The position numbers and the translations under genes are program-made. From positions 6,944,001 to 7,008,000 of the forward strand of contig OX597820.1 of the NCBI GenBank assembly GCA_951406725.2: a stretch of DNA of 64,000 nucleotides, given 5' to 3'. The notes below the pieces were generated by a model that was not told the origin of the DNA, made no database searches, and saw only the letters and a list, made by a program, of their open reading frames with translations. This DNA comes from Octopus vulgaris (lineage: Eukaryota). Numbering within the stretch: the stretch's first letter is position 1; each line of letters starts with the position of its first letter. Below, piece after piece: positions 1 to 13,287 of the stretch.

Positions 1-159
1 AGAAAAAATAATTGTATATAAATAAGTTTTTTAATTCTTAAAATAGTAATGTTGCAGCGTTGTACAAATATATTTTTTTAACACTTCCATACACGCACTC
101 ACACATACACAAGTTATCAGCGTAAGCTGCGTACATTTGTTTGTGTGAGAATGTACAAT

Positions 160-248
160 TATATATATATATATATATATATATGTGCATGTAAATATAC
201 ATAGTTATGTATATATATATATATATATGTGCATGTAAATATACATAG

Positions 249-288
<40 letters not shown>

Positions 289-387
289 GCATGTAAATAT
301 ACATAGTTATATATATATATATGTATTTATATATATATATATATATGTATGTAAATATACATAGTTATATATATATATGTATTTATA

Positions 388-428
<41 letters not shown>

Positions 429-486
429 GCATGTAAATATACATAGTTATATATATATATATATAGTTATATATATGCATGTATAC

Positions 487-517
<31 letters not shown>

Positions 518-707
518 TGGATATAAATAAACATAGTTATATATATGTATGTATGCATATATATGTACATGCATATATAAATATATACATACATACATAT
601 ATGTATGTATATATATATATATATATATATGGATATAAATAAACAGTTATATATATGCATGTATGCATATATATGTACATGCATATATAAATATATACAT
701 ACATACA

Positions 708-738
<31 letters not shown>

Positions 739-740
739 TA
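160..740. repeat. Compound (TA)n microsatellite interleaved with a ~24-bp unit (gtgcatgtaaatatacatagttat)
   Basis: Unit recurs at about 185, 228, 288, 348 and 426, separated by (TA)n runs. Confidence 0.9.
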
Positions 741-1021
741 TTCAGAGAGAAGAGACAGTGTGTAATGGTTAATACGTACAGCTACCAAGCCATATCTATG
801 TGTAATTGTCGGTTCCATCTAAAGAATGTTCAAATTCACAGTATTACTCAGATATCAATATTCACAGATCGAAGATATGCTCTATGTAAATATCCTTAGA
901 TCTAAAATCAGAAGTCTCTATGATTTTTACTTATTTATTTATTGCTATTTTTAATTTTTATATTTCCGAATGATGTCCAATTCTTCAACCTCACTGACTT
1001 CGAGACTCAAGCTCACACACC

Positions 1022-1063
<42 letters not shown>

Positions 1064-1133
1064 CATATTGCCATAGATTTATACATAGACACATGTATAT
1101 TGACGTACGTATATGCATACACACAAATACAGA

Positions 1134-1179
<46 letters not shown>

Positions 1180-1523
1180 AATGCACACACACGTGTGTGT
1201 GTGTATGTATGTATTCTTACATATAGACTCATATGCATATATTAGAGAGATAGATAGCTAGATCGATACATGCATATGTATCACTCATTTGTTACAGGTC
1301 ATGCTGGAGCACAGTCGTCAGTGGTTTTAATGGATTTTATCAATCTCCTATCTTATTTCGTTCTAGAACTCATTTTATTAATCTATATCATATCTAATAT
1401 AATTTTGGTTTAAAACGCCTTTTGTCGGCATATACTACTCTAACTGTATATACATACATACATACATACATACATACATACATACATACATACATACATA
1501 CATACATACATACAGATATACAT

Positions 1524-1852
1524 AGGGGCACTCCGTCGGTTACGACGTTGAGGGTCCCAGTTGATCCGATCAGCGGAACAGTCAGCTGGTGTAATTAACG
1601 TGCAAGTGGCTGAGCACTCCACAGGCACGTGTACCCTAAAAATAGTTCTCAGGGAGATTCAGCGTTACACAGAGTGTGCAAAGGCTACCCCACTTTGAAT
1701 TACAGGTACTACACATTTGTTTTACCTGAGTGGACTGGAGCAATTTTAAATTAAGTGTCTTGCTCAAGGACACAACGCGTCGCCGCGAATTTGAACTCAC
1801 AATCTAACGATCGTGATCCGAATGCCCTAACCACTAAGCCACGCGCTTTCAC
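1524..1852 (-). mobile_element. tRNA-derived SINE, group C (tRNA head, gtgtccttgagcaagacact body, RTE-like tail)
   Basis: Minus strand reads gcgcgtggcttagtggttagggc (A box) ... gagttcaaatt (B box) ... gtcgtaaccgacggagtgcc; homologous to 11940-12200 and 39185-39420. Confidence 0.85.
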
Positions 1853-2117
1853 ATACATACTTATATACATTTGTAAGCGTTCAGTATTCAAGTGAATCAG
1901 GTACTTAAATACTAAAGCACCAAGTTCGGGCCAAGGAAATGTATATTGTGTACAAATCAAAATGAGCGGAACATACAAGCGCCCGCTTCAGTATACAACG
2001 GGTCCCAAGGCTGTACCCAGGAGCACACACTGTGCTGAATAGACTCCAGATCCAAGCTAATTGCAAGCTTCTAGTAAGGTGAGAAATAAATAAGTAACAA
2101 CGGATGAAAATTGGCTC

Positions 2118-2203
2118 ATTCACTACGGTGGTTTCAAATGAGTTTTTATTGATGGGAAAGCTATTCAATCATGGGGGAAAAGCCACGTTTTCTTCACGTG
2201 AAT
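2118..2203 (-). ncRNA. Decayed minimal hammerhead ribozyme (inverted partner of 2344-2433)
   Basis: attcac-GTGAAGA ... GAAAC-cacc-GTA-gtgaat; helix I intact, C3 mutated to G. Confidence 0.55.
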
Positions 2204-2343
2204 TTTTATGAATTAAATATTTAAAAAAAATATTCCAAGAATCAAAATAATGTGCTACTTCATGACTCTTGGCTAGCTTCAGCTATAAAGTGACACAGTG
2301 TTCTTTCTTGTTAAGCTTTTTTTACGATGTTTAATTCGCATAT

Positions 2344-2433
2344 ATTCACCTGAAGACAAGCGGTTTCCACATGATGTAATAACTCTATTCATCAATTAAA
2401 AAAACAAACTCGTCTGAAACAGCTGTAGTGAAT
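2344..2433 (+). ncRNA. Minimal type-I hammerhead ribozyme motif (PLE terminal-repeat type)
   Basis: attcac-CTGAAGA-(~59 nt)-GAAAC-AGCT-GTA-gtgaat: 6-bp helix I, palindromic helix III loop, GUA triplet. Confidence 0.8.
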
Positions 2434-2633
2434 GAACCAATTTCGATCAATTATTTATGTACATAGATGCATACAGACATATGTGTGTGTAGTATTTGTG
2501 TGTGTGTGAGTGGGTGTTTGTATGTGTATGTGTGTATTGCTGACGTCAAAGGATTCTACGAACCTTTAAGTGAAAGAAATCTAAGTCCTTTTCGAAAATT
2601 ACATACACCTATAAAATAGTACACACACACACT

Positions 2634-2677
<44 letters not shown>

Positions 2678-3110
2678 GTCAGCCGTCGCGACTATAACCG
2701 TTCATATCTTTGGCTTGATTTGATCAACATTCTCCATACTGGTCGTTTTTTCACTTGGATTTGCCATTTATTATGGATCAGTTCTTTTCTACTTCATGTC
2801 CCTTTTTGAAGTATCTTTGTATCTCAGTCTAGGCCTTTCATATTTTATTTTCCCTTGTAAACAAGGTGTCAGGGGTGTTTGATGTTATCCACCAATTCTA
2901 CGCCACCCAACTAACGTAATTTCTCGCTTTGAGGATTTCCACCAAACCGTAGCATCTCTTCATTCCTGAGCTTGTCAAACAGAATGATATTCATAATTCT
3001 CTGCAGCTGCCTCATCATATATGCATGCAACTTATCTGCTTGAGCCTTATAGACTGTCCAGGTTTTAGCTCCATCCAGCAGTGAACGATCACTATAGTCT
3101 GTCATACCTC
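2678..3110 (-). mobile_element. RTE-clade LINE 3' fragment (decayed RT C-terminus)
   Basis: LLDGAKTWTVYKAQADKLHAYMMRQLQRIMNI..DKLRNEEMLR, then RPRLRYKDT..RDMK; matches the RTE LLYGxETW / RPRLRYKD motifs. Confidence 0.85.
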
Positions 3111-3149
3111 ACCATTGACACGTATAGAAACATGACTGTCTTTCTATAA

Positions 3150-3223
<74 letters not shown>

Positions 3224-3257
3224 CATAGGTATATAAAAACAGATGGATAAGTTGTCA

Positions 3258-3341
3258 ATTCACTACAGCTGTTTCCAACGAATTCTGGTTGGTTAATGGA
3301 GACATCACATCATTAGAAAAAATCGTTTTCATCAGTTAAAT
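3258..3341 (-). ncRNA. Minimal hammerhead ribozyme motif
   Basis: Minus strand: atttaa-CTGATGA-a-aacga...tcgtt-g-GAAAC-AGCT-GTA-gtgaat; same family as 2344. Confidence 0.75.
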
Positions 3342-3830
3342 ACATGAACCACAACATTTAGAAACATTCAAAACCCAACGGCATATACACCTTTATTATT
3401 CTACGAGCCTTACTGGTCGTAGAAAGATATTCTTAGCTCAGATGGGTAATATTATAATAGGAGGGAACATAATGTCATATGTGGGTCGTGGGGTATTAGA
3501 AGACAAATCTCTTAGTGATATGTATAGATCCAAGTGATTATGTGTATATGTGCGCTTTTTTGTGTTTGTGTGCGTGTGTGTGTGTCTGCGTGTTAGACGC
3601 GACACCCGCACCGTAGGAGGGCAGCTCGTGACCTTTTTATGGTGGGAGTCTGGATTCAACTCCTATATGAGAGTATCCAAACAATAATCGTACGGTAGTC
3701 ACCTATTCATAGATAGAATATTATGCTAGACTACATCTTCGGTGTGGTTTACGAAAGATCGTTTCAATCAGTTGCGACATGCGCCAGTCATGGAACACAT
3801 TTTTAATAACTTCAATACTATAGTCAGAAT

Positions 3831-4235
3831 AGGCGCAGGCGTGGCTGTGTGGCATGAAGCTTGCTTGCCAAACACATGGTTCCGGGTTCAGTCCCACTGC
3901 GTGACACCTTGGGCAAGTGTCCTACTATATATAGCCTCGGGTCGACCAAAGCCTTGTTAGTGAATTTGGTAGAAAGAAGCTAAAAGAAGCCCGTCGTATA
4001 TGTATATATACATTTGTGTGTATGCGTGTGTGTGTGTGCTTGTCCCCACCACACCATCGCTTGACAACCGATGTTGGTGTATTTCTGTCCCCGTAACTTA
4101 GCGGTTCGTCCAGAGTGACATATAGAATAAGTACTAGGTTTACAAACAAAAAGTCTTGTTGTCGATTACTTCTACTAAAGGCGGTGTTCCAGCATGGCCA
4201 CAGTCAAATGACAGAAACGTGTAAAATAGTAAAAA
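3831..4235 (+). mobile_element. tRNA-derived SINE, group B (CORE-like box, internal microsatellite)
   Basis: aggcgcaggcgtggctgtgtgg...ggttccgggttcagtccc...ccttgggcaagtgtc...(TA)/(TG)...ccagcatggccacagtcaaatgac tail. Confidence 0.9.
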
Positions 4236-4553
4236 AGTTTTAAAAAATGTAAAAAGGTGTAAAAGACAAGTGGAAACTAAGTGACGGGATGATGAAGTTA
4301 TTTGTCGATGGCATTCACTAAAAGATGCAAATATACAGAACAAGAGATATTATTTTAAGTAGAAGTGCTGACAGGATTATAACAAAGAATATAGTTTACG
4401 AAAGTATTCTGTTTCTGCATTGTTCCTCCCAATAATATCAACGTAACCTGTTGATTGTACCTTATTATAACATTAGGTTCTGATGTGAGGGAGGATTGTC
4501 AGCTATTTCTTACAGTCCAATATTAATCAGTACGTAAATGTTTGTTCATCCGA

Positions 4554-4760
4554 AGGCGACGAGCTGGCAGAAACGTTTGCACGCCGAGCGAAATTCGTCT
4601 GTCTTCACGTTCTGAGTTCAAATTCCGTCAAGCTCGAATTTGCCTTTCATCCTTTCGGGGTCGAAAAATTAAATACCAGTTGCGTACTGGGGTCGTTCTA
4701 ATCGACTGGCCCCCATCCCCCAAAGATTTCGGGCCTTGTGCCTAGAGTAGAAAAGAATAT
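4554..4760 (+). mobile_element. tRNA-derived SINE, group A
   Basis: gagctggcagaaacg...gagttcaaattcc...gcctttcatcctttcggggtcg; more than 10 copies in the window. Confidence 0.9.
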
Positions 4761-5365
4761 TCATTCATTGCTTCCCAGGTAGATATATGTGTTTGTATTT
4801 CTGTTTGTCGCTACCTGTGTGGGATGTGTCTACGCATTTGGGAATGTATATCTTTACAAACGATATATTTCCAAATGCCAGAATACATTGCTAATGCTGT
4901 CATATTCTTTTCTGTACAACTGTACGGCATAGACTTTAGAATTTCCTGTAATGCTTCTATTTCTCAGATTTCATCTTAGAAAAAAATATAAAAAAAATTT
5001 TTTAAACTCCAACCGAACCAGAAGCTTGCAAAGAGAATATAAAATAGAATTTGAAAGTTTTAACATAAATTTATCTGAGATTTGAGAATATTCATAAGCT
5101 TCTTTAAATGCTAAATGAGGAATGAGAATAGCAAATAAGTATCTTGGGAGAGAGCATCTATAATTAAGTATCAGCGTCTTCTTTACAAGAACATGAACTA
5201 AAATAGCCTGTTAATACCTTGCATATATACATTAATCCCAAAGGAATTAACTGAACCTGTCTCTGTACTTCAGTCACTAGGTATGCCATGCATAGGCACA
5301 TACATACACACACACGCTCATACATACGTACACACACACACACACACACACACTCATACATACGT

Positions 5366-5399
<34 letters not shown>

Positions 5400-5527
5400 G
5401 TATATGTACATATGTGTGTGTATATATACATAAGTAAGTATATATATTAATGTTTGTATATACTTTTGTATATATATGGGTGTTCGTGTGCGTGCGTTGT
5501 TTATATGGGCGTGAATGCGTGTATATA

Positions 5528-5574
<47 letters not shown>

Positions 5575-5885
5575 ATGTATATGTATATGCGTGCCTGCGT
5601 CCGGGCAAGCGTGTATGTATGTGTGTGTGTGTGTAAATGAATAAAAAGTTTGTTGAATTTTCTTCCATCAACTTCGCAATGTCAAGTTTCATCGCCATCT
5701 TTTCAATTTATATTTTAAAAATATTTATCAAAGTTTTATCTCCAGCACTCACTCACTCACTTACTTACACTCACTCTCTCTCTCTCTCTCTCTCCACTAT
5801 CTCTCTTTCGCACGCTAATACCCTCTCACACACACACACACATGTGTATATCTGCGTGTGTATGTATATGAGTGTATATATACAT

Positions 5886-5944
<59 letters not shown>

Positions 5945-6587
5945 TATATACCTATACAGGTACATATGTGTCTATAGGTGTATCAACATTCGACATTTAG
6001 TTATTTCTGTTGTCGTTAAGAATACATATTGACAATATTCTCTCGTCAAATTGTTATTTTTTATGTTTGTTTTATATTTACTGTAATTCAGTGTCTATAT
6101 ATTATTATATTATTTCATTATGGATAAAAATAATAATAAAATTATATTATTTCCTTCGTTATTTTTTCAAAATGTCTCTGCTAATCTTACAAATAATAAT
6201 TGTGTTTTAGTAGTTTCTGCTCACAAACAAAAACAAAAATATACATCAAGGAGACATTTGATTTTTTAAAAAATATCTATATAAAAACAAAATAAAATTT
6301 ACCATTAATTCATATGTTAAGTACTCCGAAATAGATTGTTCCAATATATATATCAAAAGACAATTTTAAATAGAAAATACAAGTGTAGCTAAATATTAAA
6401 TTGATCAGAAAATAAATATTTGAATTAAGTTATTTCAGAATGAATATCAGAGAAAGAACGGAATTGATTGCGAATGATCTGGCCGCAGAGGTGTGACGAA
6501 ATACTTTCCTAATTTATAATACATTTTTGGCATTGAATCAGAAGTTATATAAATATATATATAAATGTGTTTATGTATATGTATATC

Positions 6588-6621
<34 letters not shown>

Positions 6622-6639
6622 CGTTTATGTGTGTGTGTG

Positions 6640-6670
<31 letters not shown>

Positions 6671-6675
6671 TTATG

Positions 6676-6720
<45 letters not shown>

Positions 6721-7369
6721 ATATACATATATATATGTGTGTGTGTGTATATATATATATATACATATATGTGTATACATATATATGTATATACATATAT
6801 ATGTGTATACATATATATATATATATGTTCGTACATATATATATATATATACCTATATAATTATACATATATACACACATATATATACACATATATATAT
6901 ATACACACATATATACACATATATATATATGTATACACACACGTGTGCGTGTGTGTGTGTGTATGTATACTATAGATTTGCATCTGGGGAAGTTTGTGCA
7001 ATCTGCTGATGACATGCACTGCCTACTCCGGTAGTAAGGACCACACACGAGTCACAGTTTACATAGTGCGCTTTCCTTCGTTGGCAAGCTTCGGTAGTTT
7101 GCGTAGTACTCGTCAGCGGTGGTGCCCCAGCATGGCTGCGGCCTTCGTGCTAAAACATTTTTAAGGATATAAGGGTGGGCGATCATTTGCGACTTCATCC
7201 CAACTGAGAACGTCCAGATCTATTGATTTTATATCCCTCTTGCTGAGATCCTTCAAACGAAGATGAGTCCCTCCTCATGCTCTTGTGCTGGTGGTTAGTT
7301 CCTCACTCATAAGTCTTTTAGGATTCTCCCGTCCTGCATGCGATATATGTGAGCGAGCCAAGGCAGACT

Positions 7370-7550
7370 GCACTGTTGGAGTACGGCGAAAATACCGGTC
7401 GTTTTGGCATGGCTTAGGACTTTGGTGTTGGTGACCCAGATCCTCCAGTGCTGTCACCATAAGGAGCGAATCCTATCCAGGTCCTGTTGAAAAAGGAGGA
7501 GAGTTGTGCAGGGGGCTAGCAATCCCATCCACAAAAAAACAACGAGCATG
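7370..7550 (+). mobile_element. Probable RTE-type LINE 5' region fragment
   Basis: gggggctagcaatcccatccacaaaaaaac resembles the motif that precedes RTE ORFs. Confidence 0.4.
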
Positions 7551-7759
7551 AACCAAGGTATTCTTGATGGACGTAGAAGTGAATGTATGCTATTACAGAA
7601 TCGACATATGATGGATGTTGATGAAAATCGAAAGGAAGTCTGGGATTTGAAGAAAGGTGAAAACTCACCATATTTGCAACATGGTGAATTGTGAAAAAAT
7701 AAAAGAACACATTAAAGCTTATTGTTGGACATATATATATATATATATATATATGGAAT

Positions 7760-7990
7760 GAAATGTTTACATAGTCGACCGGTCTGAAGTTTGTGATAAT
7801 GCTACAATTACATGCTGGCAAAAGAAGTTTCCATCTCACGGTAGTAAGGAGAGGGATGTGTATGATAGATATTGGTTGGACATGATTAAAACACGCTAGC
7901 ATGAATTTCTCCACGATTAAAAAAACTCAGGTTTGTATTGACAGCATCACTAAAATTTTGATTGTTATTGTTCCAAACTAAACCTAATAG
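7760..7990 (-). mobile_element. Penelope-like element 3' end (decayed GIY-YIG C-terminus and tail)
   Basis: Minus strand gives a decayed ..ILxxxYKPEFxNRGEIHASxFxH, like the PLE LNxRxE...CxH ending, running into (TA)n. Confidence 0.45.
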
Positions 7991-8139
7991 GCAAGTATGG
8001 AAATATGAAAACATTAATGAAAAATATTAATTTGGAACATAATCCTTTTAATACATACATACATACATACATACATACATACATACATACATACACAGAC
8101 ACACACATACATACATACATACATACATACATACATACA

Positions 8140-8171
<32 letters not shown>

Positions 8172-8183
8172 CATACATACATA

Positions 8184-8700
8184 CAGACCTGATTTAATGA
8201 TCTGGGATAGAGAAGAGAAACTGTGCACAGTTGTGAAAATCAGCTGCCTTGCCGATGTTAACATAAAGCTGAAGATCAGTGAAAAAGAGAACACTCTTGC
8301 TGAACTATTCAGAAATCTGCAGTTACTCTATCAGATTACAAGTTCCGGTTTATACCTGTAATTATTGGGGCCCTGGGATATGTAATGCATTGCCTAAATA
8401 CCAATCTTGAGTAATTAGGCTTCTCAAAACCAGAAAAGAGGAAGATAATTTGAAGACTACAGATCCAATCCATCGCTGGAACTGTAAAACTTGCCAGGTG
8501 TTTGTAATTTATATATATGTAAGCATGTCTAGATATGCAACTATATGCATGAGAATACATGCATTAAACAAAATATTTAAATCTACACATATACATGCAT
8601 GCATACATACATACAAAAATACACTTTTGTTGATGTTGAAATTCCGACGAAGGAAATTTGGATCTAGGTTAGAAACCGGCTCTTTCTCTATTGGCAAGAA
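8184..8700 (+). mobile_element. Non-LTR retrotransposon 3' end with restriction-like endonuclease (PD-(D/E)xK)
   Basis: RPDLMIWDREEKLCTVVKISCLADVNIKLKISEKENTLAELFRNLQLLY followed by FIPVIIGALG. Confidence 0.8.
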
Positions 8701-9019
8701 ATCTGTTTTGACGGTCGTCATTTGACCACTCCATCGAACGGCCTTTGCTTGAGCAATAAAGCGGTTTCACTCCACACACCAACGAAAACTAACAATCTTT
8801 TGCATTATTCCCAAAGGAGACCGTCAGAGATCTCTACTGTTGGCTTCGACTGTTCTCCTCCATTAACATGACCTGAGAATAAAATGGTTGGAAACCATGA
8901 AAGTGTTGAATGACGAAATGTTTACTAATTAGTTTACTAATTTTAGTTATTGGAGTGCGGTCATACTGGAGCACTACATGGAGTGTAGACAATTTAGGCA
9001 AATATAATGACAATTATCT

Positions 9020-9280
9020 TTTATCTCTTGCTTGTTTCAATCACTGGATTGCGGCCATACTAGGGCACCGTCTTGACTATGTGTTTTTTTTAGTCATTTG
9101 AATGAACTCGGCTCCTTTATTTACAGCCTTGTACTAATTGTATAGGTATCTTTTAGCGAACAGTGACGTTACGGAGACGTAAACAAATCATCACCACTTG
9201 TTAGAAATAGGGGTGACAATCACAAAGACACACACACATACACACGATCACACACACATATGTGTATGTGTGTTTGTATG

Positions 9281-9351
<71 letters not shown>

Positions 9352-9490
9352 ACGGACGTCTACAGTCTACGTCAACCAAATCCGGCTCTGGTCGGATTGG
9401 GGCTATAGTAGAAGACACTCGCAATGTGACTGAATCCGGGGTCATGCGGTTGGGAAGCAAACATCTTACCAAAGAGCCACAGCTGCCACT
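9020..9490 (-). mobile_element. SINE group B, diverged
   Basis: Homologous to 31054-31487 with internal (TA)n. Confidence 0.75.
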
Positions 9491-9678
9491 AAGATGCCAT
9501 AGTCAAATAAAGGTTGTGAAATGGAAGAGAATGGCGGGGGTGGGTCAAGAATCGAACTGAAGCACATTAGTCTACACACATCACAAAGTGTCTGACCCCA
9601 CTTTATGAAAAAAAATCTAGTCAATGTTATTATCTATCCCTTAGAAATAGCAGATTCCAGTTTATATCCATTTCAGAG

Positions 9679-9734
<56 letters not shown>

Positions 9735-10034
9735 TGTGTGTGTGTATATATATGTGTATGTATATATGTGTGTGTATGTGTATATATATGTGTGTGTATA
9801 TATGTGTGTGTGTGTATATATGTGTGTGTGTGTATATATGTGTGTGTGTATATATGTGTGTGTGTGTATATATGTGTGTGTGTATATATATATGTGTGTG
9901 TGTATATATGTGTGTGTGTATATATATGTGTGTATATATGTGTGTGTGTATATGTGTGTGTGTATATGTGTGTGTATATGTGTGTGTGTGGGGGGGATAA
10001 AAAAGCTTTAGGCAGTGGAATTGAAGCAGATTTC

Positions 10035-10420
10035 ATCTCGGTTCTATTCCAGCTTTCGGTTGCAGGACTGCGCCTATGCTGAAGCACCGTCTTTATTTAC
10101 ATTCATTTTATTGTTGGATGGGAGTTAGCCAATGACTGGGTTTGCAGCATCTGTTCTTTCCTCACTGAATTCTTGAATATTTGGTTGGTCCGGTATCGTC
10201 CAGAGTTTATCCAATTTTGTGTTAATGTCTCAGTGTGAGTTCTTTAATATTTCTGATTTTTTTTTAGAAACTCAGTTGAACAATTGAAGAACTCTGAATA
10301 TCAGACTAGTACAATAGATTGGTTTTTGCTCGTGATTTCGAGGGCAGTGTATTTGGAAGCTGTTAGTATCTAGCAGAGTCGGAGAAATTGCAATAATTTT
10401 TAAGGAAATAACACCGTATT
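10035..10420 (-). mobile_element. CR1/Crack-like LINE 3' end plus tail shared with SINE B
   Basis: IRNIKEL..TKLDKLWTIPDQP, then gacggtgcttcagcataggcgcagtc. Confidence 0.65.
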
Positions 10421-10879
10421 GCAAGCTAAACGACGAAGGCGTATAAAATATAAAAGCTGTATATAAACGACGTAACTGTATATAAGTTAAATGAGGATCA
10501 CTAAGTGCAGAGGAGAAAAATTAAGTACAGTTGAATCAATGGTGTGGGCGAAGAGAAAAGTTAAATAAGATCAAACGAAATACCAAGCTCATTAGATAAA
10601 AATCAATAGTTCGTTTTTAAACAATCGATCTTTATCTGTCAACAAATACAATATATTAATCCAGGTTAATATTCTCAGCACGTTTCTATTAAACAGTCAA
10701 TAAATAAACAAGCAGATTATTGTTTGGAATAATATTTCAAATTTCTCTCTGTTATACTTATAAATTTATTATATATTAAATATTTAATATATTAGACATC
10801 TATTTATCTATATTATTATTATTTACTTATAATCTGAATGTTTGTTACAATCAATCAGTTCCCGAGACACACGTAATAC

Positions 10880-11562
10880 AACACAGACATTTAAATTGAT
10901 AGGGTTTTTCTAAGGATTTAGGCAGTACTTGTCAGCACAATCGTTTGGATTTCTCTGAGACATGGTTCTCCTGGGATATTATCTAGATGTTTCTGACATC
11001 CCTTTCTTATCATACCTATGGCATCCACAATAAGAACATTTCTCGCTTTAAGATGCCACATCTTTTGTATTTCAATTTCTAGTGCCATATATTTACTCTT
11101 ACTTTGCCAAATTCCTCTACAAATATATATTTTTTTATTAGTGGGGGACACTTACATCTATTAGTCTATAAGTATTTTCTTCCCTGTCTGGTCAATTAGC
11201 CTGGATCGTTCTGTCGGTGTTGACTGGAAAATGCCAGAGGATAGTCATATGTTTACATGCAACGACTGGCTCTGGATGATGTTCATACCAGTAAGCAGGA
11301 GTGCTTATTTTGTAATCTTTACATACTCATATTGAGTATGTAAAGACTCTCGTAAATGCTGTCCTACTCTATCATGGCGATTTTTGCATTGGTTTAATTG
11401 TCAGCAAAGGAATCCCGAGACGAGAGGGTCTATTGTTTCATCAAATGTATCGAACAATCTGCATTTAGCGTTAGAACCGTTTTGAAGAATGTTAGCCTGG
11501 TAGTTTTTTGTAAGCAAACTTTCATCTAATATGTGCCGCTAATATGAAACCTTCAGACTCTG
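10880..11562 (-). mobile_element. R4/Dong-like LINE 3' fragment (CCHC knuckle and RLE)
   Basis: ESEGFILAA..SLLTKNYQANIL..KCRL..DETID.LVSG; ILWHF; KYMALEIEIQKMWHLK..IVDAIGMI..EIQTIVLTSTA; (TTA)n adjacent. Confidence 0.85.
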
Positions 11563-11689
11563 TTTATTTTCATTATTATTATTGTTATTATTATTATTAT
11601 TGTTTGTAGTTTTCGCACAAGTCCACGAATTTTAAGAGATATGTCCATCTATATATGTGCGTGGAGTGTGTGTATGTATATATATGTGT

Positions 11690-11912
11690 GTGTGTGTATA
11701 TATGTTTGTGTGTCTATGTTTGTCCCCCCAACATCGCTTGACAACCGATGCTGGTGTGTTCACGTCCCTGTAAATTAGCAGTTCGGCAAAAGGGAACGAT
11801 AAAATAAGTACTAGGCTTACAAAGAATAAGTCCCGGGTCGATTTGCTCGACTAAAGGCAGTGCTCCAGCATGGCCATAATCAAAGTCAAATGACTGTAAC
11901 AAGTAAAAGAGT
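11690..11912 (+). mobile_element. SINE group B, 3' half
   Basis: tgtttgtccccc...gcttgacaaccgatgctgg...ccagcatggcc. Confidence 0.85.
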
Positions 11913-11937
11913 ACACACACACATATATATATGTAAG

Positions 11938-12200
11938 TGAAAGGTCGCGACGCGTTAATCCTTCAGCAAGACACTTTATTGTTCACGTTGCTCCAGTCCA
12001 CTCAGCTGGCAAAAATGAGTAGTACTTGTATTTCGAAGGGTGAGCCTTGTCCCACTGTGTCACGCTCAATGTCCATGAGAACTACGTTAAGGGTACACGT
12101 GTCTGTAGACTGCTCAGCCACTTGCACTTTCATTTCACAAGCAAGCTGTTCCGTTGATCGTAACAGCTGGGTCCTGCTTTGTTGTAACCGACGGAATGCT

Positions 12201-12203
<3 letters not shown>
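11938..12203 (+). mobile_element. SINE group C, internally deleted
   Basis: Reverse complement homologous to 1524-1852. Confidence 0.8.
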
Positions 12204-12264
<61 letters not shown>

Positions 12265-12322
12265 TTGTAAAAAAGAAGTTTGAAAACGCCACTATGTTAG
12301 ATAAATTTTAATGTTCTTATGA

Positions 12323-12367
12323 ATTTTACATGTTTCGGTTCTTGAAAAAACGAACCTTATCAAAAAT
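12323..12367 (-). ncRNA. Minimal hammerhead with U3-A8 core variant
   Basis: Minus strand: attt-TTGATAA-ggttc-loop-gaacc-GAAAC-AT-GTA-aaat; perfect 5-bp helix II, 4-bp helix I, inside a (TA)n-flanked PLE-like tail (12262-12626). Confidence 0.7.
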
Positions 12368-13190
12368 ATTATAAAAAGTGCAATAGAAAAGTTCATAGTT
12401 GTTTCTTACTGGTCTCAATAGAATCCATGTGGTGGTGTTTTGTCGGTAGTTGGTATAATCGCTATATTACAGTTGAGTGTAGTGAAGGAGTTCATTATTG
12501 TTTCTTGCTGGTATCAAAAGGAACCGCTTTTTTGTTACCTTGTGTTCCAATGGTAGCAACAGTAGTGATTGTTGGTCGTCGTAGTAGTAACCTGTGGCTG
12601 TCCTAGCAGCAGTTACTGTTGGTCGTATATATATATATATATATATATATATCAATTCCGAGGTTGTTGACCACTAAGACGTACAAATTACACTGTTTTC
12701 TTGAGCTTTTTTAGTTGATCCTGTTACAGAAATGCACATTGTCTTTCATTTCTTGTTGTTTTTGTAAAGGGGAGAAGGCGTCTTCAAAATTGTATTTTTT
12801 CATCGGAATAAAATTAATTCATCAAATGATTATCATATAAGGTATTTACTTTAGAGAAATGAATTGTCATCTGTTAAACAATAAAGACTAAATATTTTAT
12901 TGTTTTTTTTTAATATGGACTGTGATAGATAACGTGAGGTAATAAGGAATAGAATGAGAAGGCCTGGAAATCGATGAAAGAAGAGGGGACGAATGGCTTA
13001 CAAGATGGGAATAGCAACAGAAAAGAGACCTGCATTCAGCAACATCGTGACAAGTAATCGGACCACATTAAAATTTATAACTCTTAATAACTGTGTCTGC
13101 TTTTATGTCTGTATAGCGTTCTTGATTTCTCCTCTCTCTAACGATTATCACATCCTTTGAATAAAACGGGCACTTGGCCTTCTATATTAG

Positions 13191-13287
13191 AAGCAGTAAC
13201 GGTACATCCTCACCACCATCACCATTATCCGCAACAGCAGCAGCAGCGGCTCAAGAATTTGGACCTGGAGATCTCCATTTCCAGTGA
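13191..13287 (+). CDS. Candidate terminal coding exon of an unidentified gene (SSNGTSSPPSPLSATAAAAAQEFGPGDLHFQ*; alternative His/Gln-rich frame open to 13486)
   Basis: GC-rich unique segment after cttctatattag acceptor, CAG/CAC codon runs, UTR-like sequence downstream; no family recognised. Confidence 0.4.

Noticed and set aside
8640-8832. Two HHR-like relics (ccgacga..gaaaccggct on plus; ctgacgg..gaaaccgc on minus)
   Set aside because: Several core changes and no helix I; too decayed to call
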